Positions 42,553 to 54,070 of a stretch of 64,000 bases of DNA are shown piece by piece. The notes beneath the pieces were generated by a model. It ran no database searches and was not told the DNA's origin. It saw only the letters and a list, made by a program, of their open reading frames with translations. Both the position numbers and the translations under genes were made by a program. Position 1 is the first letter of the stretch. The number at the start of each line of letters is the position of its first letter. Origin of the DNA: Balanoglossus misakiensis (taxonomy: Eukaryota; Animalia; Hemichordata); assembly GCA_040954595.2 (NCBI GenBank), contig CM082593.2, positions 4,729,434 to 4,793,433 on the forward strand, given 5' to 3'.

Positions 42553-42982
42553 CCATGTCTTCCTCTGGCGGAGCCGGGAGAGGATTGTCTGCCCGATAGG
42601 CTGGTACGTGCGGCGGTGGCGCGGGAGGCTCGCGTGAGGGTAAGTCCCCCTGATGCCCCGGGGGTGGGGGTGGCTCACGCTGCGGTACGTGATTACCACC
42701 CGGGGGTGGGGGTGGCTCGCGGTACGGTACTTCGCTATCCCCCGGGGGTGGCGGAGGAGGCGGGTCTCTGACCTGTGGGTCCAGGTGTGTCCTCGGGGGA
42801 AGTGGAGGCATGGAGGCGTGCAGGTATTGTTCAGAGAAATCAATGTGTTGAGACAAGCGGTGTTCCGGGGGTGTCGCGGTTCTTTGGTCTGCAGCCTTCT
42901 TGCGGCGTCTACGCCGCTGTGCGTGCTGTGCCTGTGGAGGTTCCTTCGCTTGCTGAGCACCTTGATCTTTTGCCTGGTCATC
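42553..42982 (-). CDS. PIK3AP1: BCAP-like Pro-rich exon with internal tandem repeats
   Basis: gcttctag acceptor, phase 0; DDQAKDQ...RRRRRKK...PPLPPR...REPPPPP repeats. 3' end uncertain: donor at 42552, or read-through to the stop at 42458. Confidence 0.72.
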
Positions 42983-43997
42983 CTAGAAGCACATAAAGCA
43001 ACATCCGGTGAAATTTAGTCTGCGGGAACATAACTGGATATTAACACGCAGCCTTCTTTGGAACTTTTTGAAAGTAACCGTGCTCTGTCCTTGTGCAAAC
43101 ACTGAACGAAGATTAAGTTCAGACATACCAAATTAAAACTCCTAATGGCTCTATGCAATTCTGTACCTATTTACCTAATAAATAATCTCATGCAGCCATG
43201 TTGGATCATATGGCAAAACATCTGTATCACATTGAATGATCGGTAATGAATTTTCACACATACAAACTTCATGGTTGATGATGCAGTACAAACTCAAGTC
43301 CATCTCCATACAGACTGTACTAAATGCACCATGTGTAGTCATGCCCAAAAGGATACACCATCTGGAAAGCAGGACGCTTTGACATAGCCAGCCATCACAC
43401 ATTGCCACACAGATGCATGTGCACCAGTGATATGGAAAACACCCGACAACCAGCCAAAATCAACTGCCAACGCACATTCCTAAGTACCACCGATGCCTGC
43501 AGCTACAAAAACAACTTTCTGCGTTGATTCCTGGCCTACACAGCTTAACAAACCTCTTGGACAACCACGTTTCAGTACTACAAAATCTATGGATATTTTC
43601 TCAGATTTTTTTTTCGAAGCTGTACTCGCGATATGAAATGGCTTATGACCTGACATGTATCTCCCCATAAGTGTGACATGTAAAGTGACACTTGGTAGAA
43701 ACATTCAGCCAGGATGATGATGTAAGCCTGGTATCTGTTCTACCTTTGCTTAGCTCTGCCAAAAAAATGCCCTATCATTACAGTCAGTGTTTTTCTTTTG
43801 ATTGGACATAGAGTTTCATAGTCAACAGAGAATCACTGTTCATGTGGTTAATCTCAAGGGGATGGAGCTACTGGGCTAATACCGCTATTATCTTGCGCAT
43901 CCAATGCACAACGCTAACTGTTTCTTTTTGGCAGATATTACAGAGAAGGTGGGATAGATACCAGGCTCTGTGGAGGGGGAGGAGGAAATCTACCCAC

Positions 43998-44068
43998 CTC
44001 GCAATAGCTGCTATAACTGCTATCCACGCTCCGTATGCTGGATCCCCGACTATGTCTGGACGAGATAC
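43998..44068 (-). CDS. PIK3AP1: BCAP-like Ser-rich exon
   Basis: gttgtag acceptor; (S)ISSRHSRGSSIRSVDSSYSSYCE; donor GAG|GTGGGT; phase 1 to 0. Confidence 0.72.
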
Positions 44069-44622
44069 CTACAACGTCACATACAGAGATAGACTCAGAC
44101 AACGAATCAATCTCACTAAACAGGAACATCAGTATGCCATGCAAAACTAGTTGCAGATAATCAAGCTTATAGTGTAATTGAAATTTTACTTTATGTAATA
44201 AGTTAAATCACGCTGCTTGCTGACTAAGCTTGGCTGGAAAGTAGCATGTTAGTAATGATGACAGGCTATTGTATCTAAATAATAAAAATTAGGGGTCAAT
44301 ATGAAACATTTTTAATGACAAAGCAATATTACCGGTACTAGTATTTCAAATATGAATTTCAAAATGGCCGCCAATTACTGCATGTTAACTCTATGGAGAA
44401 TATTTAATTTATTGATTTTTATAAAAACAAGATGGTGAACACCCTGATTTCTTCTTTGTTTTAAAAATGACCCCTCACTCACTTTAAAATAGTCAAGAAT
44501 TGAAAGGTTTGGAGGACTATCATTTTTTTCTGAAAATCTGTCCACAAGGCACGGCACATACTTCTTTGGAAGATGTGTGAAGTTAGCCCTGGATTCAAAT
44601 TATTGGTACAGGGAATACTCAC

Positions 44623-44680
44623 TGCTGGCAGTGCTGCCTGTACTAAGTCTGTCACTTCTAATAAATGGCCTTCCAGAATC
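44623..44680 (-). CDS. PIK3AP1: BCAP-like exon
   Basis: tatctcag acceptor; DSGRPFIRSDRLSTGSTAS; donor A|GTGAGT. Confidence 0.78.
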
Positions 44681-45465
44681 CTGAGATATAAAAATTAACA
44701 TATTCAGTTTCAGTTCCCACACAAAACTGAAACGGCACACACACATAATATAAAAGGAATTGTGACGTCATTCGTGTATCTATTCCTTCCGTCTGTTTGT
44801 TTGTTTAATTTTTATCATCACACCCACACTATGTTAGGAAAGATCTTAATTTTGAGTAAATATGGGATAAGAGCCATGCCTAAAAGTACGCCATGTCTTG
44901 GAATAGACACATGAACAAGAATATGTCAAATAGTCCCAGCCCCCATTACAGGCCTTGGACCACAGGAGCGAAAAAAACAAAACCCTACTTAGACTTCGAA
45001 CTCTTCGGGAAATGTCACAAGATTCCAATCTCCACATGCCACAAAATTGACTAGCACTACAGTGCCAACCTATTGTTAGGCCTATGTCAGCTTATCAGAG
45101 TACAATAGTGGATCTGTACTGTATAGGCACATATACATGCAGGCCAGCTTACAAACCTATTAGTCATAAACTATACTGACAGATTCAAAAGGCCAGGGAC
45201 CAGCACAGAAGTTGTGTGTGATGACAATGCAGTTCTGAGAACTATGACCCTTCCACAAACAACAGACAATACTGGATGTTTCAATGAAAAACAATTATCT
45301 GAAAACCTATAGTGAACCAAAAACAAAAGTAAAACTGCAAGTGAATATGTAATGACGACTTTGACAAATACTAAACTTCAACTATTATAAAAGAAAATAG
45401 ACAGCTGCTGTTTCTTTGAATTATGGTCTAAATTTGATGTTCCTTGTAAATAAGAAATATCTTAC

Positions 45466-45491
45466 CTCAACTGATTGTGGAGTAGCTTTGT
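45466..45491 (-). CDS. PIK3AP1: BCAP-like 26-nt micro-exon
   Basis: tctcgttacag acceptor, GAG|GTAAG donor; (H)KATPQSVE; supplies the phase 1 to 0 change. Confidence 0.7.
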
Positions 45492-45897
45492 CTGTAACGA
45501 GAAAAGATACAGTTGGTGATGTTACTTTTAAGTACTGTATACATTCTAATTGTCATTTAAAGGTGGCTTGCGAGATTTGCATGAATATTTCATTAAAAAA
45601 AAATTTTAAATTTGTTTTTCCATTGAAAACTGTTCCTATTTTTCATGGTTTTTAGATGCGATACCAAGCCAACTATAAAAAAGACACTGACAGTCTGTTA
45701 CCAATCTTTGCAAAAATGGTGTTAACAGGGAAGTGCATGGAAACATCCTGTCCAGACTACGATAAAACTCGGCATAGTAAAATAGCACTCTACTATAGTG
45801 CCAATGTTGCTGGAAGGTACAACCACAGGTAACCATGAGTCAAATATTCAACATGTAGAATTAATTCCGACAGGTTGCCAGGATAAGTTTCACTTAC

Positions 45898-46081
45898 GTG
45901 GTGCACGTTTCATCGGCTCTCTTTGTTTTCCAGGTCTGCAGGTCATCTTCCGGTGTAATTCATTCCAGCTTGCTTTTCCCGTCGTCTCATCCGACGGGGG
46001 CGGTGGGAGAGGTCGGTCCAGAGACATCTCGATCTCCTTCTTCTTCTCCTTCAAGCTTGTCTTTGTTGCATAGATGAATTC
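45898..46081 (-). CDS. PIK3AP1: BCAP-like exon
   Basis: EFIYATKTSLKEKKEIEMSLDRPLPPPP...KRAP; donor C|GTAAGT; phase 0 to 1. Confidence 0.8.
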
Positions 46082-46993
46082 CTATGAGGGCGAACAATGG
46101 ACAGGTGATCATGGATCCATCAAAAATGTCAGACAAACATACAAAGAGTTCAAAATCACTGACATTGTGGGCAGGTTCTCGCTGTTGCACATGCACACTG
46201 AATTTTACCAGCAAGGTCGCAGGGGTCATTGGTCTGAGATAATAATTTTGGATTCAACGGTAATGCATAAACATCTCATGCTTCGTATTAAAATTAGCTA
46301 AGGTCTGGCACATTCAAGCACATGCTATGGCAACAAAGTTTTTCATGCCAAGTATGCAATTATTATCAGCAGGTGCTTATAATGAGACCTGAGCTTTTTA
46401 CACCTTAATAGTATAGCAGATATAGATAACTTTGAAATTTGGAATGAAACTATACCCTCAGTGATGGAAATGCATGTTATTATTTCATGCTAATGTACGC
46501 ATTTCATCACAACTGATGCCCAAATAAGGACTGATTATGCAATTTTGTCACCCAGAAACTGGGAATTCATTTACTTTTCTCAGCAGAAAATCTTGAATTA
46601 CAGTAAGAAACTGTTACTCACACTCTTGCCCATTGACAGCAAAATTGAGAGATTTAAGAAAGATTCAATTTTAGTGTTGACAGAGAAAAAAATTGTATTA
46701 GGAAACATACAAACCACTGCACTATACTGCTATAATATAATTAAAAACCTAAGCAGAATGTGGTACTGAGATAGCACAAGGTATTAAACCTTAAATGTGA
46801 CATCAATTTTTGAACCTTATTTTAATTGACAGCATACCATGCCAAAAACATCCATTCCCAATAATATGTAAAAAATTTGAACCTTGCTACCATTTCGATA
46901 ATTAGTTTTCATAAAATGTAAATTACACTACAGAAATATGTAACTTTGAAGAAAATAGCGTGTGTAGCATGCTGCACCCCTTTAAATACTTAC

Positions 46994-47193
46994 TGTTTGT
47001 GTCTGGTAGGAGTAGAAGTTCTCTTTTTTGCCAAGTTTGTCGAGTTTGAAAGCATCAAACAACTTAACGGCTTCATCGATTGTCAATTTTCCTTCCTTCA
47101 CTTGTCTTTGAATATTAATAAGCTCCATCTGGGCAACACTCAAGCCTGGCATCATATTGGAAGGGGGATATGCAGCTGCTTGTGCTGTGTTAC
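46994..47193 (-). CDS. PIK3AP1: BCAP-like, conserved coiled-coil exon
   Basis: QMELINIQRQVKEGKLTIDEAVKLFDAFK resembles BCAP QEELITLQEQVKLGIVNVDEAVLHF; donor ACA|GTAAGT. Confidence 0.9.
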
Positions 47194-47433
47194 CTAATTA
47201 ACATAAATATGCAAATATATGTACATAATTGTAATATTAATTACCTTAAATGGCATGCAACTTAATGGCCTGTGATTGAAGTGTTGGCAATGAAGGGTAC
47301 AAAGTGTTTTCAGCAAATTCTCCAGACATAGCATTGAATTTTTCATATTGTTATGTGCTACATGTGTACGGTATATAAACTACAAAAATAACATCACATC
47401 TATAACCTGATGGCAAAATCAGAGGAAGTTTAC

Positions 47434-47709
47434 AGTTCATCGTACTTGGCAGTTGCTCTTCAGATGCTGCTGGGTCTTCAGTGGATTCTGCGGGGTCATC
47501 TGCGAGAGATCCTGGTCGTTGACGTTGGGGCCTGGGAATGGTCGGCGGTCGACGAGTTATAGGTGTTGGCGTAAATGGTAAGGGCACCTCGTCTGGGTTT
47601 TGGTAAAGCTGGTCGTCGTCATAGCGAGGGTGGTAGCCCATGTCTCCCTGGGAAGACTTGGCTTTCCGCGGGCATGGCAAATCATCGTAGATTGAGTCCA
47701 AGTTTCCCT
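47434..47709 (-). CDS. PIK3AP1: BCAP-like exon (Tyr/Pro motifs)
   Basis: cacattgcag acceptor; (E)GNLDSIYDDLP...LYQNP...PPTIPRP. Exon end is uncertain (47434 or 47446, both phase 1). Confidence 0.72.
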
Positions 47710-47801
47710 CTGCAATGTGAAGAGAATTCATACTTAGGAGGACATGCGAATAGACCATATTCCAAACTCCAAAAGACCCTGCAAAATGCGCATAAACTTA
47801 C

Positions 47802-47960
47802 CCTGGATGACTTCTTTGAGTTTCTCATTTTCAATGGTGTAAATCGGATCATCATGGTCGAAATTAAACAGGGCTTGTGACGGATCAGATGGGATTGCAA
47901 TAGAAAAGGGCGTGTTGTACAAGCCTTCTTGTAAGTCTCTGAACTGATGAGATGTGTTAT
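47802..47960 (-). CDS. PIK3AP1: BCAP-like exon
   Basis: tttcacag acceptor; (Y)NTSHQF...DDPIYTIENEKLKEVIQ; donor G|GTAAGT; 159 nt. Confidence 0.8.
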
Positions 47961-48199
47961 CTGTGAAAAATGTGAAAAATCTCTAATATTATACGTTGTA
48001 GATGTTTATACTAAAGTGGTAGAGCCATATGGTACAATGTTACCAACTTCTTGCAAATATTGAAACTGTGTTACAAAACCAACTCCAACGATATACCTAC
48101 AACCAATCTTCGCACATTTTGATTGGTGGTCAGAACCATTGTTCAGGCGGATTGAACTCACGTACAGCAGAACGAATCAAATAATGCAGACACACTCAC

Positions 48200-48341
48200 A
48201 GTACGGAAAACTTGGTTTCATATCCAGATACAGTTCTTCAGTTGCCTGCTCAGAGTCGTCTGCTATTGGAGGGATCTGGTCGTAGACTTCACGGTACAAC
48301 ATAATGCCGGTGTTGATATCTTCAAGAAGAGCTCCACATTC
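48200..48341 (-). CDS. PIK3AP1: BCAP-like, exon with YxxM motif (YLDM)
   Basis: tttctccag acceptor; ECGALLED...EELYLDMKPSFPY; donor T|GTGAGT. Confidence 0.85.
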
Positions 48342-48571
48342 CTGGAGAAAACCAAACGAAAAAAACAAAAAACAAAACATATAAAACCCACAAGACACTA
48401 TTGTCCATGCAAGCTACGTGTACGATCGCTTCAGTTGAGAATAAAATAATCAAATAAAACTTGATAATATATTTAATACAAAATGTATCACTAATGAACC
48501 CTTGTAACGGGAATCTTTCAATTGATATTCCATTGGGCGCTTAGTTTCCTCAGATCATTCAGAAAACTTAC

Positions 48572-48768
48572 CACGAAATTCTCTAAGAAATCTGCCAGCG
48601 CTATGTGGCCCTCACTTCTGGCAATGTCGTTGGGATAGTCCCCGTTACAGTTGACGATTTCGAAAGCCATCAGAGCGCCGGGGGAGTTCAGCAGAAGGGA
48701 GGCCAGCTCATGAAGACCAAACTTTGCAGCAAAGTGTATGAGAGTTGGTGTCTCCCTGGTCTTGCCAA
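48572..48768 (-). CDS. PIK3AP1: BCAP-like, ankyrin-repeat exon
   Basis: ETPTLIHFAAKFGLHELASLLLNSPGALMAFEIVNCNGDYPNDIARSEGHIALADFLE, the hallmark BCAP/BANK/Dof segment; donor GTG|GTAAGT. Confidence 0.93.
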
Positions 48769-48869
48769 CTAGTGGTGTCAAAACAAAACATGAACTTACT
48801 TTCTCACTACATGTCTCAGACCTGTCACATGTCTATAGTGGACATGCAGTCCAGGGTACATTACTATAA

Positions 48870-48986
48870 TCTGGCCTTTGTAGACAGGTGGCCTTTTTAG
48901 ACAGGTCAATTAGTGTATATGTTGTAGGGACTGTAACAACGTGGCCATTATATATAGAGATGGTCACTAACACAGGTTTTACTGTA
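48870..48986 (-). mobile_element. Fragment of a Tc1/pogo-type MITE
   Basis: Terminus TA|CAGTAAAACCTG on minus strand; internal tggcc...tagacagg subrepeats; other end not found. Confidence 0.5.
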
Positions 48987-49122
48987 CAAGCAAAATTCCA
49001 ATTCCCACAAATTTGGAATAAAACTGTTGGCAGATGGTGCAAAGGAAAACACACCCAAATCCCCCCCCCCCAAGAAATCAAATGGTTCTCCCCTAATCTG
49101 AATGACGTCATCCCTTCTTTAC

Positions 49123-49395
49123 CTGCTGCAATTTCATGTTTTAGAGCGGTCAGTTTATTCCAGTCGCTGACCGACGTCTGCTTCTTGTAACTGTCCGCCA
49201 GTACGGCATCCAGGCTGCGTATGTCGCCGGGGGAGATTTTCAGCGCTTGGCAGAGAAGCTCTTTCGGATTGACGGACGTCTCCAGGATCCCGGCCATGAC
49301 GTCCAGACTGTCCTGGAACTCAAACTTGCATTCTCCGAGACTGCTCAGTGAATCCGATTTGGAAACACTAATAACGGCTTCGCAAGGAGGCTGGT
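49123..49395 (-). CDS. PIK3AP1: BCAP-like, DBB exon
   Basis: (D)QPPCEA...ILETSVNPKELLCQALKI...LDAVLADS...EIAA; donor CAG|GTAAAG; 273 nt. Confidence 0.9.
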
Positions 49396-49785
49396 CTAAA
49401 TAAGAGAATAACAAGAGAAAGAAATCAATGCATAGTAATGTCATCTCCATTTTTTTATTACAGTGTCTCACTATTCCACGTTTTCTCCGACATGTACATG
49501 TAACATACACCATTGGTAGTAACAGCTTTATATATTTTGTGTAACACTTTCTTTCGACAGCTGACATCTGAATTGAAATCTGCACTTGACAATTGGGAAA
49601 AGTATGGCATATACAAGCCTTTCTGATAAAATCAGAACACACATTATAAAATCATTGCTATATACTGTACATAGGCCATACATGTATTGGTATACCGTAT
49701 AGGGTACAATAAACCGAAACACATTCATCCAATATTGCAGCTACTCTGACTTTGAATGAGATTATCATTCATGTATTACAGTTAC

Positions 49786-49933
49786 CTGGAGGCACAGTAA
49801 CAGATAGGACATAGTCATTGAGTCTTACGCCATCCACATCTATATCTCTAGCGCCTTGAAATTTAACTATGTACCTCGACGATTGGTCAGTTAGGAGAGC
49901 AGCCTTGAAAACTATGATCAATGTCTCTGGCAC
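49786..49933 (-). CDS. PIK3AP1: BCAP-like, DBB exon
   Basis: ctttcag acceptor; VPETLIIVFK...RLNDYVLSVTVPP; donor CAG|GTAAC; phase 0 to 1. Confidence 0.88.
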
Positions 49934-50109
49934 CTGAAAGAGGGAACATCATATTGAAAAATGCAATAACGACATGGAATTAAAGCTTATATTGATTAAA
50001 ACTTACTGTAACTCGTCTCTGACAAAATATTATACCAGAAAATACACAATGTATAGTTTCAACCAAAAATACCGTTTTCTCTAAGGTAAATGTCTGTGGG
50101 CATTCTTAC

Positions 50110-50246
50110 CCCGCAAACTGCCTTATTTGGCCGGACAACCATGCCATGTTTTTCAAGATGTTTTCTGAGATCGCTTGGTTGTCTTGAGATGGGACTCTCC
50201 TTCTTCACAACCATGTAAAAGCCTTGGCCCTCTGTTCCTGAGTCCA
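50110..50246 (-). CDS. PIK3AP1: BCAP-like, start of DBB domain
   Basis: (V)DSGTEG...HGMVVRPNKAVCG resembles BCAP MVVQPDRIRCG; donor GGG|GTAAG. Confidence 0.87.
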
Positions 50247-50945
50247 CTGTCAACGTCCAAACAAAATGGAAGAAAATAATGAGCACATAACCATAAATAA
50301 ACCTATTCAATTTGGGCAAGAACAGCAGTTTTAAATTACAGAAAGCTGTGTTATAAGCAGGACTGGGGTATATCCCAGTAAATATACATGTATGGTTAAG
50401 CAGTGTAATATGTGTAAAATATATCCTTAGTATATTAAGAGAATGTGGTATTTATAAAATAGTATATAGTACAACAAGTCTGGCCAAATTAATTTTGACT
50501 TCTCTACACTGTATATGTGCTACATTGAACTTGTCTGTTTTGTTTCACTGATGTATTTCAATGTCAGGTTGCAACAGAGTGCCACATTTCAGCCCAAACA
50601 GGATTAATGTTCATGTGCATGTACTGTGCGCCTCGATCAGGAACAAATTTTCAGAAAAAAAACGTCTAATTTTTTGTTGTTTTGTTGCAACTGGAGTGTA
50701 TAGCTACATGTACATGTATAAGTCTATGTGTACATATCTACACCTTTGCACTGAAGCTAAAGATTTTAACCTTTGGTCTACAACAACACAGAAACCTAAA
50801 CTGGTCGAATCCTAGCGACTGATTGTTGAAGACCCGAATATCTATAGTTTGAAGGAACAATACAGAAATTTCCTTTGTTTGAAATGAGTTACAAATGTTA
50901 TCTCCCTTCACTTTTTTTGTAGTGGTAACACTGAGAAACACAAAA

Positions 50946-51068
50946 CGGAAATAAAACCAGGAAGTGAGCATTCAGAGTTTTGATGACATTACGGGTGAAC
51001 AACCATGCATGCAGTATAAGCTAATATGATGTCATTTCTGGATTAGGGAAACTGTCGGGGATTTCCCC
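50946..51068. promoter_or_regulatory. NF-kB plus ETS motif cluster in BCAP intron 2
   Basis: GGGGATTTCCCC at 51057-51068; CAGGAAGTG at 50958-50966; CGGAAA at 50946. Confidence 0.5.
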
Positions 51069-52734
51069 CACCAATCCCTGCTTATTGTTCATCTTTTTTT
51101 GACACTGGGCATTTATCTTCATGCAAATTCAGATTCTTGCAAATGTACAGGTTTGCACTGGTACATACAGTACACTGTGCAGTATTTTTAAACAGACATG
51201 AACACAATGTGCGATAAAGTGAAATTGGGATGGGCTCTTCAGCTAAATAAAATTGATTTGAATTATTCTGTATGGCGTGATATGCTGTCCGTTTGAACTA
51301 TGGATTTTTTGTTCTGGTAGATTGCACAGGAAATGCATTGTGTGCTGTTTCTAGAATGCTTCTCCTTGAGACATTGTGTAATGCCTCAGAAGTTCTATCC
51401 TATTAAACAAGGTTGCAGAATTGCACAACTTTTATGAAGAGTGATTTGACGAGGAACTGTGAGGAACCGAGGAATGAAAAACAACTTTATGAGAAACTGC
51501 GCACTGCCCGAAAACAAATAGTACCAAAGTCCAGCCACTGAACAATTCCTAGTTTGCACAAAGTGTTTGTTTTCAGCGGTGTTCGCATATTTCATAGGGC
51601 TGAATTTCCATTTTTGATCCGTGTATGATTGTAAAGAGCTTTGTGCTTTATCAGACGAAATTGGATTGCTACTATGTCTGGGTGTGGCTGCATTACCCTG
51701 GATAACCCCAGCACTATTTGCTCGCATTCTGACCTCAGAGACTCGACTGGTACATCTGATACACAATGTTGCATTAATTTGCATTTCCGTTTTAGTGGCG
51801 ATCTCTGCCAAGAACTGATGTGGCTCGTGTGTGCGAAGTTTGCCATTGCTGAATCATCAACTCTTGCATGGAATTTGGTCCAAACCTAATATTCTTTTCT
51901 ATGAAAGGGTTAAAAAAAACATGACAGAGAACCCAGAAAACAAATATCATAAAACATAATAAAATATGATTTTGTGTCTCTTTTGTGCATTTTATACCAC
52001 TAATGGATGTTGTCCATTCGTCATACTTCCTGGTAATATTTCATAAGACCAATCAATTCTGAAAAGTCTATTTCTATCCCTTGTTCCCATTGTACTGTGG
52101 TCTGAACACACTTCCTTGTCAGCCAAACATGATAGATCAGTGACTCACAGCTGGTCACTGGACCAAGGCAATTTACATATACAGCTTACATGACACCGGC
52201 TGATTGACCCGGAGAAACTTTGCCATTGTCAAATTGGCTTTTAGATGACAGAAATGTGATCGGTCTAGTCATTGTCACATGGGTGTATGTGTGCGTCGTG
52301 TTTGAGGTGGTACACGTAACAAACGGGCTATTTTTTTAACAGGTTTGAAACTGTAACCTGACCTCACACAGTACCCGGTACCAACTGTTACCTGGACATT
52401 ATTTGCACATGTTGACGTGTAATGAAACAAACAAAATAAAGATTTCTGGTAGTGTTACAGCCAAAACTGGCAAAGATGATAAATTCTGTGAGACGTGCTA
52501 GAAAGCACATATTGACCGGCCATATTCAGGCAACACTGTGTCTCCCCTTGGACTTGTGAGTCACCCTGTGGCCTTGGGAAACCGACTGTTTTCGGGTGAC
52601 TCCAAATCCCTGGGACAGCCATACATGCTGTTAACCTCATGCTCATGGCCAGTCAATATGCGTATACTATTGACCTGGCTATAATGTAAATATTAGTTAA
52701 ATTAAATAATTTAATATATATTAAAAAATCTCAC

Positions 52735-53178
52735 CCTCCTCTTCGTCATCAATGGTGACATAATTAGGAGGTAAATCTTCAGGATCCGAAATCCCGTCAA
52801 TAATCCTGAAAGTCTGAGAGATGATATCTCTCATGCTGTTGGTCGCCAAAACCACGTCCCACCATTTAAACGACTCAACTTTGCGCTGCAGCTCTGCGGC
52901 CTCTTCGGAGTTCTCCTCAATGCCGCACATGAACGCGATGGGGGTGTCCAGAATGTCGTTGATGCTGGGGTCGCTGACATCGATGTAACCGGGGGTGACG
53001 ATGATCATTTGCGCTTTCGAGTTCCGGACGTTACTGGCCGCGTTCTCCGCGAGTGGAAGGTCCGTGATGTTTTCCCAAAACAGATCCAGGTCGTAGGCCG
53101 ATCGAAACTGATCGCAGAGAAATTCACACCAGGCACCTCCATCATCCACGTAAAGTATACTCAAATGAAATCTTTTAT
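52735..53178 (-). CDS. PIK3AP1: BCAP/PIK3AP1-like, TIR-domain exon
   Basis: tttgcag acceptor; FHLSILYVDDGGAWCEFLCDQF resembles BCAP TIR DILIVYSPDAEEWCQYL; also SKAQMIIVTPG and IAFMCGIE; donor G|GTGAG; 444 nt. Confidence 0.9.
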
Positions 53179-53969
53179 CTGCAAAGTAAACATTCAACAA
53201 GGCATTATTTTTAAACTCAAGCATTTGGTCTAACATGGGGTATGTTTTGGGGTGAAAAAGGTCTAAATTCAAATCTGCATTGGTAGTCACACCCATACTA
53301 TACTTTATGACACAGATACATGTACAAGCACTGACTGGCAAACAGATTATATGACTGTACCGAGAGTACAACATGATTTTCAAAAGTTCCTCTTTTTTCA
53401 GATTAAAAAAAAAGTCTGCTCATTGAAACTTATATTTCAAAATTTTAGTTCCCAATCATCTCAAAACGCATTAAATTTTTCAGTTTGTTAAAACTGAAGA
53501 CAGATTCTGTTACATCCGTAAGTAACTATAGTCAAACAAACCCACACAGACTATATTTTGTCAACATTTACCAACTTCTATCAAAAAATCTGAATGAAAA
53601 CAAATATTTCCCCACCAACTGGTTAGGATCCTTCAACATACCCTAACTATCTGTTTTTATATCAAACGTAATAATATTGTGACTAATATTACTGAGACTG
53701 ATGAAAAAACAATGCAAATATTGTGTTAAACCAGGGCTGGGGAAGGTACTTGAAGGTATTTGAAGTTCCATTGTCCAATAAATCTTCACAGACCTAAGTC
53801 GCCATAGAATGTTTGCGCTATACTCAGATTTATGGCAGTCTTGAAATAACACTCCCACTTTGAACAAAACATACAAAGCTGTCAACTCACCGTTAAATTC
53901 ACCTAGGTACCCTATTGCATTGGTACAGGTTTTGTCCTTACAATGAAAAGACTGCATAACGATGTCAAT

Positions 53970-54070
53970 TTAACGCTTACACCCCCAGTTCCCTCTTTTC
54001 ATAGAGGTCCATGCACCCTTACCATAGAAAACAATTGGTTTGGACTGAACCATAGTGGTGAAAGGGTTAA
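53970..54070. mobile_element. TTAA-flanked ~100-bp MITE (piggyBac-like ends)
   Basis: TTAAcgcttacacc ... ggtgaaagggTTAA imperfect terminal inverted repeat; related ends at 16165-16194 and about 51868-51912. Confidence 0.55.

Noticed and set aside
42253-42981. 242-aa minus-strand ORF MTRQKIK...
   Set aside because: Alternate frame of the GC-rich BCAP exon; splice phase supports the Pro-rich frame.
44069-44117. Upstream acceptor for the BCAP Ser-rich exon
   Set aside because: Gives phase 2, incompatible with the phase-1 donor at 44622; the acceptor at 44069 fits.
48833-49642. 269-aa single-exon ORF
   Set aside because: Only 49123-49395 is exon; the flanks are intron and a MITE fragment.
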